NCBI GenBank assembly: GCA_015233495.1
Contig: JADFXQ010000008.1
Coordinates: forward strand, 1-48,899
Direction of reading: 5' to 3'
Source of the DNA: Candidatus Omnitrophota bacterium
GTDB taxonomy: Bacteria > Omnitrophota > Gorgyraeia > Zapsychrales > Zapsychraceae
Length of the DNA: 48,899 nucleotides
How positions within the stretch are numbered: the first letter of the stretch is position 1; each line of letters starts with the position of its first letter. Below are positions 1 through 8,953 of this stretch, one piece after another. The position numbers and the translations under genes are program-made. Below the pieces are notes generated by a model. It was not told the origin of the DNA and made no database searches. It saw only the letters and a list, made by a program, of their open reading frames with translations.

Positions 1-48
1 CGCGGCTTCGATATGTTTTTTACAAGATGCTCGTTTAATCATGTTTAA

Positions 49-76
49 AGCATACCATGAAAAAGGAATATGTCAA
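49..76 (-). promoter_or_regulatory. Putative sigma70 promoter firing leftward out of the window
   Basis: Minus strand TTGACA(76-71)-16 nt-TATGCT(54-49) with TG extension; ATG at 42 lies at the expected start site. Confidence 0.35.
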
Positions 77-100
77 TTTCTAATTTCATCCATGTAAAAA

Positions 101-1722
101 CCCTAACTCCGAATTAGAACCGGCAAAAACATTTTGGGATGGGATTTTTTCATTTCCGCTTCGATTTTTCCCACATTTTTACAGCAACTCCGGCAACTCT
201 ATTTGATTTTTCGAAACACGCGCCTCGGAACCGTAAATTTCTTGTTTTTCAGGCAGACTTCTTCCTTCGCTGGCTATTTTGTTAACTCTCAAAGACATTT
301 CCTGACGCTATGCTAACGACATTTGCGTCTGACAATACCTGAATCTATCGAAAATCTCATGGGACACATTTATGATCTTGCAAAAATATCGTCGTCCACT
401 GCGCACGATCTTCCCGCAAACATGAATAAATCGGTAACGGATCGTCTTGATCGTCCATTCCGTCGCGTCCGCGCCCAAATAAAACAACTTCATAATCTGA
501 ACCATGTTGTACGCCAATACGCCCAACAAAAAATATCCGCGATTCTTTTCGAATTCATGGCTCGGCGTGTAATCACATCCCAAACCGGCTTTTATTTCTT
601 TATGACTTTGCTCGATACTCCCCATGCGCCCATTATGTATTTCCAACCAATCCATCGGTTCAATGCCCCAATTGTTCGTCCCAATCACATGATAACAATA
701 CGGACTTTGATCAAACAGCGTCGGGTCAGGATTCTTCCAGCGCAATATCAATATCCGGACTTTATATCCTTTGGACACCGTGTATTTTGTCACTGCCCAC
801 TTGGTGTCGTCACGTTCTTCATATCGCCCGTACATCGTCTTCCAATCAAACGCGCTTAATCTCTTGATCGCTTTCAATACCGCGGAATTTTTGTCAATGC
901 TAACGTAATACTCAATTTCATTTCGTTCACAGTAGGTAAAAATCTTGTCCTGATGTGCCGCCGAATCACTGCGGAATCGTTTTATCTTTTTTCCGGCTTG
1001 CTCCGCCTGCCAGCACGCCTTTCGCAATTGATTAAACACGCCGGTCTGTGGGCTTTCGTTTCCACGTCGGTATTCTACTGTGTTGACCAAACCGCATTCC
1101 GCAATGCAGCCAAGCAATCCGCTAAACTGTTTCCGCTTTTGATATGAATACTCCGCGCTGTCTTTCCCGCTGTCCATGTACGTCGCGTCGTTATCATACG
1201 TTAATTCCTGCGCCTCAATCCGCCTCAATGCCTTGACCACCAGTCGATCATTGATCCGTCGATTTTTTGCGTTTTTCCGCCGATCTTCAATAAAATTGAA
1301 CACGGTATCCGCGCACACCATTTCTTCCCAGCCCAAGCTGTCTTTCAGCCCCTGATCTGCACGCAATATCTCCACATCTTCAACCCGTTCTCCACCCGAC
1401 ACCATCATCATGACCCCGGTCATGATTTTTTCATGCGCGGCTTTTTCTCGATTCGACCCCTTTTTATCGCCATACTCGTCGAGAACAATCTTTTCTAAAC
1501 CAAAATGGCTCATGCTTCCCGCTAACCAACTCAACCCCATCCGACCCGTGACGCTTTCTTCGCTCTTTTTTAACGTGACTTGCGATAATTTTTTTGTTAA
1601 TCTCATCTTAGCCTCCGGTTTCACCCATTGGGTGATCGTTAAATGACTTCTCGCAAAGACATTTTACGTCGGAGGCCTTCTTTTTTATCCTCTTTTTTTA
1701 CTTTTCTATTTCGGAGTTTGGG
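101..1722 (-). mobile_element. IS1380-family insertion sequence (~1.62 kb)
   Basis: Terminal inverted repeats ccctaactccgaattagaa (101-119) and ttctatttcggagtttggg (1704-1722), 17/19 match, CC-start termini, enclosing a single transposase. Confidence 0.85.
308..1624 (-). CDS. IS1380-family DDE transposase
   Basis: Motifs YDNDAT, FRSDSA, HNGRMGSIEQSHKEIKAG, LAYN, TIKTIRYRFIHVCGKIVRSGR; 438 aa. Confidence 0.9.
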   Translation of the reverse strand: MKPEAKMRLTKKLSQVTLKKSEESVTGRMGLSWLAGSMSHFGLEKIVLDEYGDKKGSNREKAAHEKIMTGVMMMVSGGERVEDVEILRADQGLKDSLGWEEMVCADTVFNFIEDRRKNAKNRRINDRLVVKALRRIEAQELTYDNDATYMDSGKDSAEYSYQKRKQFSGLLGCIAECGLVNTVEYRRGNESPQTGVFNQLRKACWQAEQAGKKIKRFRSDSAAHQDKIFTYCERNEIEYYVSIDKNSAVLKAIKRLSAFDWKTMYGRYEERDDTKWAVTKYTVSKGYKVRILILRWKNPDPTLFDQSPYCYHVIGTNNWGIEPMDWLEIHNGRMGSIEQSHKEIKAGLGCDYTPSHEFEKNRGYFLLGVLAYNMVQIMKLFYLGADATEWTIKTIRYRFIHVCGKIVRSGRRYFCKIINVSHEIFDRFRYCQTQMSLA

Positions 1723-2122
1723 CTTTCCTCCCGGCGCTTCCGGCATCTTGGTCTTTGAGCACTTCGGCGATAAAAAGGATCAATTCGGGCAAGGCAAAAG
1801 GTTTCTTGACATAACCGTCTGCTCCAATTTCGAAACATTCGTCTTTATATTCCCGGTATCCTGAAATCATAACAATTTTGCATTTTGCCGGTAAAATTTT
1901 TTTCGCTTCTTTTAAAATATCCATCCCCTCTAAAGCGTCACCCTGCCCGATATCCAAAAGGGTGATGTCCGGTTTGTTTGCCAAAATGACCGCGGAAGCT
2001 TCTTTCGGAGTCGCGGCGAAATAAATTTCCTTAAATGCCTTTCTCAATTTGAAAAAAGCCGCCAAGGATTCGCGCAAGTACAACTCATCATCCGCAATCA
2101 ACAAGGTTTTATCATCAAACAT
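1706..2122 (-). CDS. Single-domain response regulator (receiver)
   Basis: ADDE, LLDIG, MISGY and KKPF receiver motifs; last codons and stop lie within the IS terminus. Confidence 0.85.
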   Translation of the reverse strand: MFDDKTLLIADDELYLRESLAAFFKLRKAFKEIYFAATPKEASAVILANKPDITLLDIGQGDALEGMDILKEAKKILPAKCKIVMISGYREYKDECFEIGADGYVKKPFALPELILFIAEVLKDQDAGSAGRKAQTPK

Positions 2123-2165
2123 ATTTCTACCCCTTTAATACTGCGCGCTTTTTGTCTCCGGAGCT

Positions 2166-2669
2166 TCAAACATCCGGGACCGGATACTCCCGGCGAATCT
2201 TCTTGCCATGCGCCTTGATTTTCTCCGTAGTCGCGTAGATCGACCGGCACGCCTCTATCGAAACCGCGCCGCTGTGCGTTTTTAAGTAAGTGATCAAAAG
2301 ATCGTCTTGAGAAATTTCCTTCGGGCAAGACCCGCAGCCATAACCTTCGCTTTTCTGCAGTCGAAAGCCTGGCGCGTCCGCCGAAATAAACCAAATCCCT
2401 TGCCGGTTGACGAAATTGTACACAAATAGAATATACATGACCGGAGTTAAAATAACTCCAACATAGGCAATTTGACACCAAAAAAAAGCGGTTGTTTGAT
2501 CCAAACTTGTTGAATATTTAAACGATCCTATTGCCCATATCGCCACCGTTAAACATAAACAACCCCAAATTTGCGTGTCTGCTTTATGGGATTTTTTGGC
2601 AAACAACAAAATGACCATGCAGACACTGGAAAGCAAAACGGTTATCGATGATATTGCGAAAAGATGCAT
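2166..2669 (-). pseudogene. Internally deleted membrane sensor histidine kinase (HisKA_7TM-like N-terminus only)
   Basis: Three TM helices resembling a 7TM kinase N-terminus, then short soluble fragments including KIKAHGKKI (HATPase-tail-like); no H-box or ATP lid. Confidence 0.5.
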
Positions 2670-3007
2670 CGCTGCTGTCCTTTTATCCGGGTTGTTCTCC
2701 TGCCCTCGAGTTTCTCAACCAGGGCTTGTTGGCCGTCGAGAGATTCAATTACCTGTCGCAAAATGCGCAGAGCCGTGTCTAAGTTTTGCCGGTCGGTCTT
2801 CTGGTTAAGAAAACCTTCTTGAAAATCATTGAGGAATGTTTCGCAGCGCATGCGGAGCTTATTTTGGAGATTGGCGAACTCATGAATTATTTCTTTGGCC
2901 GCAGTTTCTTCCGGGCCGGGACAACGATCGGCGCGCGGCGCGGCGGTTTTGACTTTTTCGCCGGTGCGTTTTGGCATTTTTTTATTTGGGTGGAAAGCCG
3001 CTTCCAT
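2642..3007 (-). CDS. Small hypothetical protein with HisKA-like helical hairpin
   Basis: EIIHEFANLQNKL resembles an H-box followed by two amphipathic helices. Confidence 0.45.
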   Translation of the reverse strand: MEAAFHPNKKMPKRTGEKVKTAAPRADRCPGPEETAAKEIIHEFANLQNKLRMRCETFLNDFQEGFLNQKTDRQNLDTALRILRQVIESLDGQQALVEKLEGRRTTRIKGQQRCIFSQYHR

Positions 3008-3097
3008 GTCTTTAATTTAACAAAAAATCGCCGGATAACCAAGCAAAAATCCCTAAAATCAACGTCACCGGCCGAATAGCGCCCTGCCGGGCGCACC

Positions 3098-3141
3098 GCA
3101 AAAAAAACCCGTTATCAGAAACTGATAACGGGTTTTTTTGC
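3098..3141. terminator. Bidirectional intrinsic terminator downstream of YHS gene
   Basis: cccgttatcag-aaa-ctgataacggg perfect stem flanked by A8 and T7. Confidence 0.9.
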
Positions 3142-3161
3142 TAAAAAAGTTATAACTAAAA

Positions 3162-3506
3162 TTACTTTTTCACTTCCGCTTCGGGAGCCGCGGCTGCCGC
3201 TTTTTCCGCTTCCATTTCAGCGAGATATTTTTCCGGCTCGGCTAAAAATTTGTCCGCGCAGGCTTGGGTATCAAAATTATAAATCTTTCCTTTATATTCC
3301 GCTGTCACGGCTTTGCCTTCTTCAATTTTCATTTTGCAAACCGGATCAACAATATTTTTCACATTTTCCGGAGCAATAACCGCGTTAGCCACTTCCGCGA
3401 CCGGAGCCGCGACAACTGCCGCATCTTTTGCCACCGGCGCTTCTTGCGCCATTACCGGAACAGCTACCATCAAACCAAACACGAACGCGAGCATTAAACT
3501 TCTCAT
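3162..3506 (-). CDS. Secreted YHS-domain protein
   Basis: Signal peptide MRSLMLAFVFG...AQ with GGAGG RBS; DPVCKMKI...YKGKIYNF...C..KFLAEPEKY is a YHS domain. Confidence 0.85.
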   Translation of the reverse strand: MRSLMLAFVFGLMVAVPVMAQEAPVAKDAAVVAAPVAEVANAVIAPENVKNIVDPVCKMKIEEGKAVTAEYKGKIYNFDTQACADKFLAEPEKYLAEMEAEKAAAAAPEAEVKK

Positions 3507-3727
3507 TTCATTACCTCCCCATCTGTGGTTTAGAATTACGTTTTTACCGATTAAATCTATTCGAAATTTTTTGTTAAAATTGTTTTCTGTTAATTCGCCG
3601 ATCCCGGATACGGTAGCGGCTTTCCACCCCCTTTCCGATCTATAATACACGCCCTCATCTCCTGAAAGAGACAAAAGGACAAATCAATATTTCAGCCCGC
3701 ATAAATGAATACGCAAATTTAAAAGAA

Positions 3728-3756
3728 AATATACCAACTATTTTCTTTCCCGTCAA
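3728..3756 (-). promoter_or_regulatory. Putative sigma70 promoter upstream of YHS gene
   Basis: TTGACG-17 nt-TATATT with TG extension on minus strand. Confidence 0.4.
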
Positions 3757-3785
3757 GCATTATAGCTGATTTCGAATTTCGGGTA

Positions 3786-4394
3786 TCATTCGCTTTTTAT
3801 ATCGAAATGCCGCCGCAAATATTCCTTGAGCAAATCGGTTGCCGCGTCTTTACACTGGCCGCACACGGTTCCGATCTTGGTGCGCTCCTGCAGTTCATAA
3901 TAGGTCCGCGCCCCCTCGAGAACCGCGTGTTCAATCTCTTCATCCGTGACATTCATGCATTGACAAATCAAGCGGGCCGCTTCTCGCTCCACCTTATCCT
4001 GCATACCGTTACGTTCGTAATAATCATCGATCGCCGCGCGCAACGCTTTGTCGCCCAACACCGAACAATGCACTTTATGTTCCGGCAAACTGCCCAATTC
4101 CCGGGTAATATCTTTCGGGGTCAAATGATATGCCTGATCCAGCGGCAGGCCTTTAACCATTTCCGACATCATTGAGGTGCTGGCAATTGCGCGGGCGCAA
4201 CCGTAGGTCTTCCACTTACAATCCGTGATCACGCCTTTTGCCCGATCGATTTTTAAGACCACCAGCATCTGGTCCCCGCATTTGACGTTTCCGGTTTGAC
4301 CGCGGCCGTCATACCCTGCCGGGTCATCTTTTAAGACATTGCGGGGATTCATAAAATGGTCTTTCACTTTTTCGGTATAGGCCCAATCTTCCAT
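3786..4394 (-). CDS. nifU: Fe-S scaffold NifU/IscU N-domain fused to BFD-like [2Fe-2S] domain
   Basis: YTEKVKDHFMNPRN, CGD, YGC, KVHCSVL; C-terminal ICQC...GTVCGQC. Confidence 0.9.
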   Translation of the reverse strand: MEDWAYTEKVKDHFMNPRNVLKDDPAGYDGRGQTGNVKCGDQMLVVLKIDRAKGVITDCKWKTYGCARAIASTSMMSEMVKGLPLDQAYHLTPKDITRELGSLPEHKVHCSVLGDKALRAAIDDYYERNGMQDKVEREAARLICQCMNVTDEEIEHAVLEGARTYYELQERTKIGTVCGQCKDAATDLLKEYLRRHFDIKSE

Positions 4395-4413
4395 GACTTG
4401 CTCCCGTTCCCAG

Positions 4414-5592
4414 TTAATACGCCGACGACATCCCCCGCACCCGGGCGATCACTTGCGGCAATTTTTCCAAAACGTATTCAATGTCCTCCCGCGCGGTTGC
4501 CCTTCCCAGGCTGAACCGGATGGCGCCGTGCGCCCGCTCCGCGGCTAAACCGGTAGCCAAAAGCACGTGGGACGGGTCTAAAGAACCGGACGCGCACGCC
4601 GAACCGGTGGAGACCGCGATTCCTTCCATGTCTAAATACAACAAAACCGCTTCCCCTTCCACTCCCTCGCACGAAACATTCAGCGTGCCGGGCAAAGACT
4701 GTTGGGGATGGCCGTTAAAACGGATATCCGGAATCTTGGCGGTTATTCCCGCCCGAAACAATTCGTTTAACTGGATTAACCGGGCGGTTTCCTGAGCCAT
4801 CTCTTTTTGCCGGATTTCAATAGCTTTCCCTAAGCCAATGATCCCGATCGTGTTTTCCGTTCCTGCCCGGCGGCCGCGTTCCTGATGCCCGCCGCGGATC
4901 AAAGGACAAAAAGGCGTGGCTTTCCGGGCGTAGAGCGCGCCCACGCCTTTGGGCCCATAAATTTTATGCGCGGATAAAGTGAGAAAATCCACGTCTAAAT
5001 CCCGGACATTGACCGGTATTTTCCCCACCGCCTGCACCGCGTCGGTGTGAAAAAACACGCCCGCCGCGTGGGCCAAAGCGGCGGCCGCCTTAATGTCTTG
5101 CACTGTCCCGATTTCATTGTTCGCCATCATAATCGACACCAAACCGATTTCCGGAGTCAACCAGGATTTCAGCTGGTCAAAACGGATAATCCCTTGGGCG
5201 TCGACATCCAAATACTTTACCTGATAATTGCGGTCCGCAAGACAACGCGCGGTTTCTAANNNNNNNNNNNNNNNNNNGATTTTGGTGGTAATGATTCCCT
5301 TGGAGCGGTGCTGATGGCAATGGCATTGCCCCGACGGACAAGCATCCGAAGACAAGACTGTATTATTCGCCTCCGAACCGCTGCCGACAAAAATGATTTC
5401 TTCTAAAGAAGCGCCGATAAAATCCGCTACCTGGCCGCGCGCCGCTTCCACCAATTTGCGGGCTTGCCGGCCAAAAGTATGCAAGCTCGAAGGATTGCCA
5501 AATACTTCCAAGGCATCGGTCATGACTTGTTTCACTTGCGGGTGCAGCGGCGTGGTCGCGTTATGGTCTAAATAAACTTGTCTTTTAGTCAT
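4414..5592 (-). CDS. nifS: Cysteine desulfurase (NifS/IscS type); spans an 18-N gap
   Basis: YLDHNATTP, NNEIG, HTDAVQ, SAHKIYGPKG, STGSACASG. Confidence 0.95.
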   Translation of the reverse strand: MTKRQVYLDHNATTPLHPQVKQVMTDALEVFGNPSSLHTFGRQARKLVEAARGQVADFIGASLEEIIFVGSGSEANNTVLSSDACPSGQCHCHQHRSKGIITTKIXXXXXXLETARCLADRNYQVKYLDVDAQGIIRFDQLKSWLTPEIGLVSIMMANNEIGTVQDIKAAAALAHAAGVFFHTDAVQAVGKIPVNVRDLDVDFLTLSAHKIYGPKGVGALYARKATPFCPLIRGGHQERGRRAGTENTIGIIGLGKAIEIRQKEMAQETARLIQLNELFRAGITAKIPDIRFNGHPQQSLPGTLNVSCEGVEGEAVLLYLDMEGIAVSTGSACASGSLDPSHVLLATGLAAERAHGAIRFSLGRATAREDIEYVLEKLPQVIARVRGMSSAY

Positions 5593-6517
5593 TTTTCTTC
5601 GTCCAATCCATCATCCGTTGAATCGGCAGACGCGCCCGGTTGATGATCTCCCCGGGCAACTCGACTTGAAATTCCAAAGTCTGCAAGGCGCGCAGCACTT
5701 TTTCCAAAGTAGTTTTTTTCATATTCGGGCAAACAATCTCTTCGGAAACCGGATAAAACCGCTTGCGCGGGCAGGCTTTTCTTAATCCGTGCAGCATCCC
5801 CGTTTCCGTAGCCACAATAAATTCTTCCGCGTCATTTTCCGACGCGTATTTAATCATCCCTGCTGTAGACAGCGCCGCGTCCGCCAGAGCAACCACCAAA
5901 CCATTGCATTCCGGGTGAACAATCACTTTGGCCATGGGGCGCTCTTGTTTCAATTTTACAATATGCTCGGGAAGAATCCGGGCGTGCGTCGGACAATATC
6001 CCGGCCAAGGAATAACGGCGCAACCGGCTTTTTGCGCCGCGTAACCCGCGAGATATTTATCCGGCACAAAAATGATTTCCGCCGCCTCTTTTTTTAATTT
6101 TTTTAAGATCAGCACGGCGTTAGCGGACGTGCAGCACACATCACATTCCGCTTTCACTTCCGCCGTGGTATTCACGTAACAAACCACTTTGGCCTGGGGA
6201 TGCCGGGCTTTCAGTTCGCGTAACTGCGCCGCGCTGACCATGTCGGCCATCGGACATCCGGCCGTCGGATCCGGGATCACCACGGTCTTTTCCGGCGAGA
6301 TAATCTTCGCGGTTTCCGCCATAAAATAGACTCCGCAAAAAATAATCACCTCGGCCTTAGTCTTGGCAGCTTCCAAACTCAAGCCTAAGGAATCGCCGGT
6401 ATAATCCGCGATATCCTGAACTTCCGGCAATTGATAATTATGCGCCAGAATAACCGCGTGGCGTTCTTTTTTTAAACGGGCAATTTCGGCTACGGCGTTC
6501 ATGGCTGACTCCTGCAT
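5585..6517 (-). CDS. nadA: Quinolinate synthase
   Basis: ILAHNYQ, FCGVYFMAE, AGCPMA, YVNT, CCTSAN, HPEC, CPNMK. Confidence 0.95.
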   Translation of the reverse strand: MQESAMNAVAEIARLKKERHAVILAHNYQLPEVQDIADYTGDSLGLSLEAAKTKAEVIIFCGVYFMAETAKIISPEKTVVIPDPTAGCPMADMVSAAQLRELKARHPQAKVVCYVNTTAEVKAECDVCCTSANAVLILKKLKKEAAEIIFVPDKYLAGYAAQKAGCAVIPWPGYCPTHARILPEHIVKLKQERPMAKVIVHPECNGLVVALADAALSTAGMIKYASENDAEEFIVATETGMLHGLRKACPRKRFYPVSEEIVCPNMKKTTLEKVLRALQTLEFQVELPGEIINRARLPIQRMMDWTKKND

Positions 6518-6643
6518 ACAAATAAATGAAACAACTTTATCAACTTAGCCCGCATTTTTTCACCTTCGCTGAGATTAGTCAAGGAAAAAAGACCCGCGGC
6601 GAGAATCAGAAATAAATCAGAAAAAATCACGGCAGCCGAACTA

Positions 6644-8043
6644 TCAAAAAGTTAAAGTTAGGGTCAATCCCAATGTGTCCGCGTTTTCATTCTGAGGCGG
6701 ATTAAACGCCTTGCCGGGGAAAAAAACGCCGTACTCGACGGCAACCGTCAAATCCGAAAGCATTGACCATTTGACTCCGGCATCTAACTCGCGGCCGACA
6801 TCCCGGGATTTTAACACTGCTTCCGCGTCCGAAATTCCGGCGCCGGGTTTGTCTTTATAAAATTGAAATCCCTCTAAAGTGAACATAAAATTTTTCAGCC
6901 GGCGGGTGAAAAAAAAGGCTGCCATTCCAAACCGGCCCGCAGCATATGCAGGTTGGACAAACGCGGCGACACAGCTATGCCTGTCGGCAAATAACCGAAA
7001 TACAAAAAATTATTGTCCCGGCCGCTGCGGTTGCCGTTATAGGTGTCTGTCACGCTCACCCGGTCGCTGTCCCCGGACCCATAGGCGTATTCCCAGGAAA
7101 GATTCGGACGATTTAAAGTCTGCGGCCGGAAATCGATTTCCGCGTCGAGCGCCCAGGCGTCCACCCGGCAGCGTTGGTCAGTGGTATAAATGCGGGTTTC
7201 GCCGGTTTCCCGAATCAATTCTGTCCAATACGTCCATTTAGGAAACAAGTCGCCTTTGGCTCCGATGCCATAATATTCGGATTGATATTTATAAACATGG
7301 ATAAAATCATCCGGTTGTTCGCCGGTGAAATCCCTTTGTCCCAAAGCATAAGCGTAAAAAGCGTGTTTGTCCGAAGGCGCGTATCCCAGACCCGCGCCGT
7401 AAAACCTGCGGTTGCTGGCCTTGGCGTATCCCGGCACGCTCTGATCAATATTTGCTTGGTGCGGCCGCGTTTGGGAGGTAAAAATTCCCAGATTAACTCC
7501 CGGACGAGTGTAATTGATCTGCGCCCCGTCGTTTACATCGCCGTAGGCAATGCCTTTGCCGATAAAAAAATATTTCCGGCCGACTTCGATTTTTACCGGC
7601 GCAAAATCTAAAAGCGTATACGCGTAATCGACGTGCGGCCCGTCATTATCGAATTTCTCTCCCGGGGCCGCGCCTTGTCTTTGGATATACAGATCCTTGA
7701 AGCGTAAATAGATAACGTGATTATTCTCATTGGGATTTGCTTTAGGCTTATAAACCGCCCGCCACCAGAGCCGCGTATCCACGGAATGGGAATAGGTCAC
7801 AGCGTCTGACACGTTGGAATCATGGTCGCTGTTGTTATATTGATTATAGCGAAAATATTCCCAGCCGCCGTAGTCCATTACCCAGTCATCAAAAATACTT
7901 AGCTGCCGGGAAGCCGTGTGCTCCAGGGTCTGCCGTTTTTCTTCTTCGACCCGGCGGCTTTCCTCAGCGGCTAAACCGGATTTACCGGCGTAAAGAATAA
8001 AAACAATAAGCGCGATAATTTTTCGACCGCGTAATTTCATCAT
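6644..8043 (-). pseudogene. Alginate-export-like outer-membrane beta-barrel split by a frameshift (ORFs 6895-8043 and 6644-6925)
   Basis: Signal peptide, beta-strand pattern, YAYGSGD, GRELDAG and C-terminal LTLTF beta-signal; frames join at T8 run 6909-6916. Confidence 0.75.
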
Positions 8044-8636
8044 TATTTACCGTGGGCGTCCCGATATTTTTCCGCGGCAGTTAAAATCCACCGCATTTCT
8101 GTTCCGGTGAGCGGATCGTTCACCCCGCCGCAGCGCATCATCCCGTTATAAATCAGTTCCCGGACAGCGTAGCGGGTGCTCCGCGGAAAAAGCCGCAAAC
8201 AAATCCCCCCGGAAATTTTTAAAGCGCCCGTGATCAACAAGGCCAGCTCTCCCCGGCGCAAAATTTTTTCCGGCGCGTAGCCCTCCCAAGCGGCAGGAAG
8301 AATCTTTTTTTGGCTGAGATAATCCACCGAAGAGGAAAAGTCGCTGATCGCCGGGTCTTGCCGTAATAAAATCACCGTCAAAGCGACGCCTTCGCTAAAA
8401 ACCGAAACCGGCCGGCTAAAAAGTTTTTGCGGATCGCTCTTCCTCGTCTCGCTGCGCCGCGGCGGCGCGATCAGCCCTTCCACCGCTTCCGGAGCGGTGT
8501 GCTTGAGGCTGTTGCGTTTTTCCTGTTCAATCCGCCGGTCGACTTCGGAATTTTCCGCCCGCGCCGTTAACTGCGCGCCGGAAATAAAAATACAAATCTG
8601 GCAGATCAAACAAAATAAACCCGACGTTTTTTGCAT
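8043..8636 (-). CDS. Secreted hypothetical protein with SLH-like motifs
   Basis: Signal peptide; LRRGELA and LTGTEM resemble SLH TRAE motifs; overlaps porin start by 1 nt. Confidence 0.55.
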   Translation of the reverse strand: MQKTSGLFCLICQICIFISGAQLTARAENSEVDRRIEQEKRNSLKHTAPEAVEGLIAPPRRSETRKSDPQKLFSRPVSVFSEGVALTVILLRQDPAISDFSSSVDYLSQKKILPAAWEGYAPEKILRRGELALLITGALKISGGICLRLFPRSTRYAVRELIYNGMMRCGGVNDPLTGTEMRWILTAAEKYRDAHGK

Positions 8637-8734
8637 TTTATTATTTTATAGAATAAACTGGGTTATTGCCACCATTTGATAATAATTTGCCTTTTGGCAT
8701 TTTATATGGCATATTTGTATTAAGAACATAGTAG

Positions 8735-8838
8735 AGTGACGAGAATAGCAAACCTCTCGTAAGGGAGCGACGCAAAGCCATAGGGTCCTCAGGCGGCAGG
8801 TTCAACGCCGCACGGATAGCCAGGTTGCCGAAACACTG
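8735..8838 (+). ncRNA. GEMM-I cyclic dinucleotide riboswitch aptamer (c-di-GMP-I family, A20 variant)
   Basis: AGCAAACC-stem-GTAA GNRA loop-GACGCAAAGCC...GGGTC...ATAGCCAGGTTGCCGA matches GEMM-I consensus; agtg/cact closing pairing. Confidence 0.85.
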
Positions 8839-8858
8839 ACCTTCGCAGCGTTGACCAT

Positions 8859-8900
8859 AAAATCTGCTCCCGGATAGAGGGCAGATTTTTTTTCTTTTTT
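8859..8900 (+). terminator. Intrinsic terminator, riboswitch expression platform
   Basis: aaaatctgctc...gggcagatttt stem plus long T tract, between aptamer and start codon. Confidence 0.8.
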
Positions 8901-8953
8901 ATTAACATTTTAAGCAGTCGATGGGAGAATATTGCATCGACAAAGGAGAAAAA

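Noticed and set aside
3507..3674. N-terminal extension of the YHS ORF
   Set aside because: Signal peptide and GGAGG RBS place the start at 3506
5260..5277. Possible disruption of nifS
   Set aside because: It is an 18-N assembly gap, frame-preserving and at the expected EH motif
8693..8712. Sigma54 promoter upstream of the riboswitch (TGGCAT)
   Set aside because: The -12 element reads ATGGC rather than TTGC; a weak sigma70-like TTGCCT-17-CATATT is possible but not called
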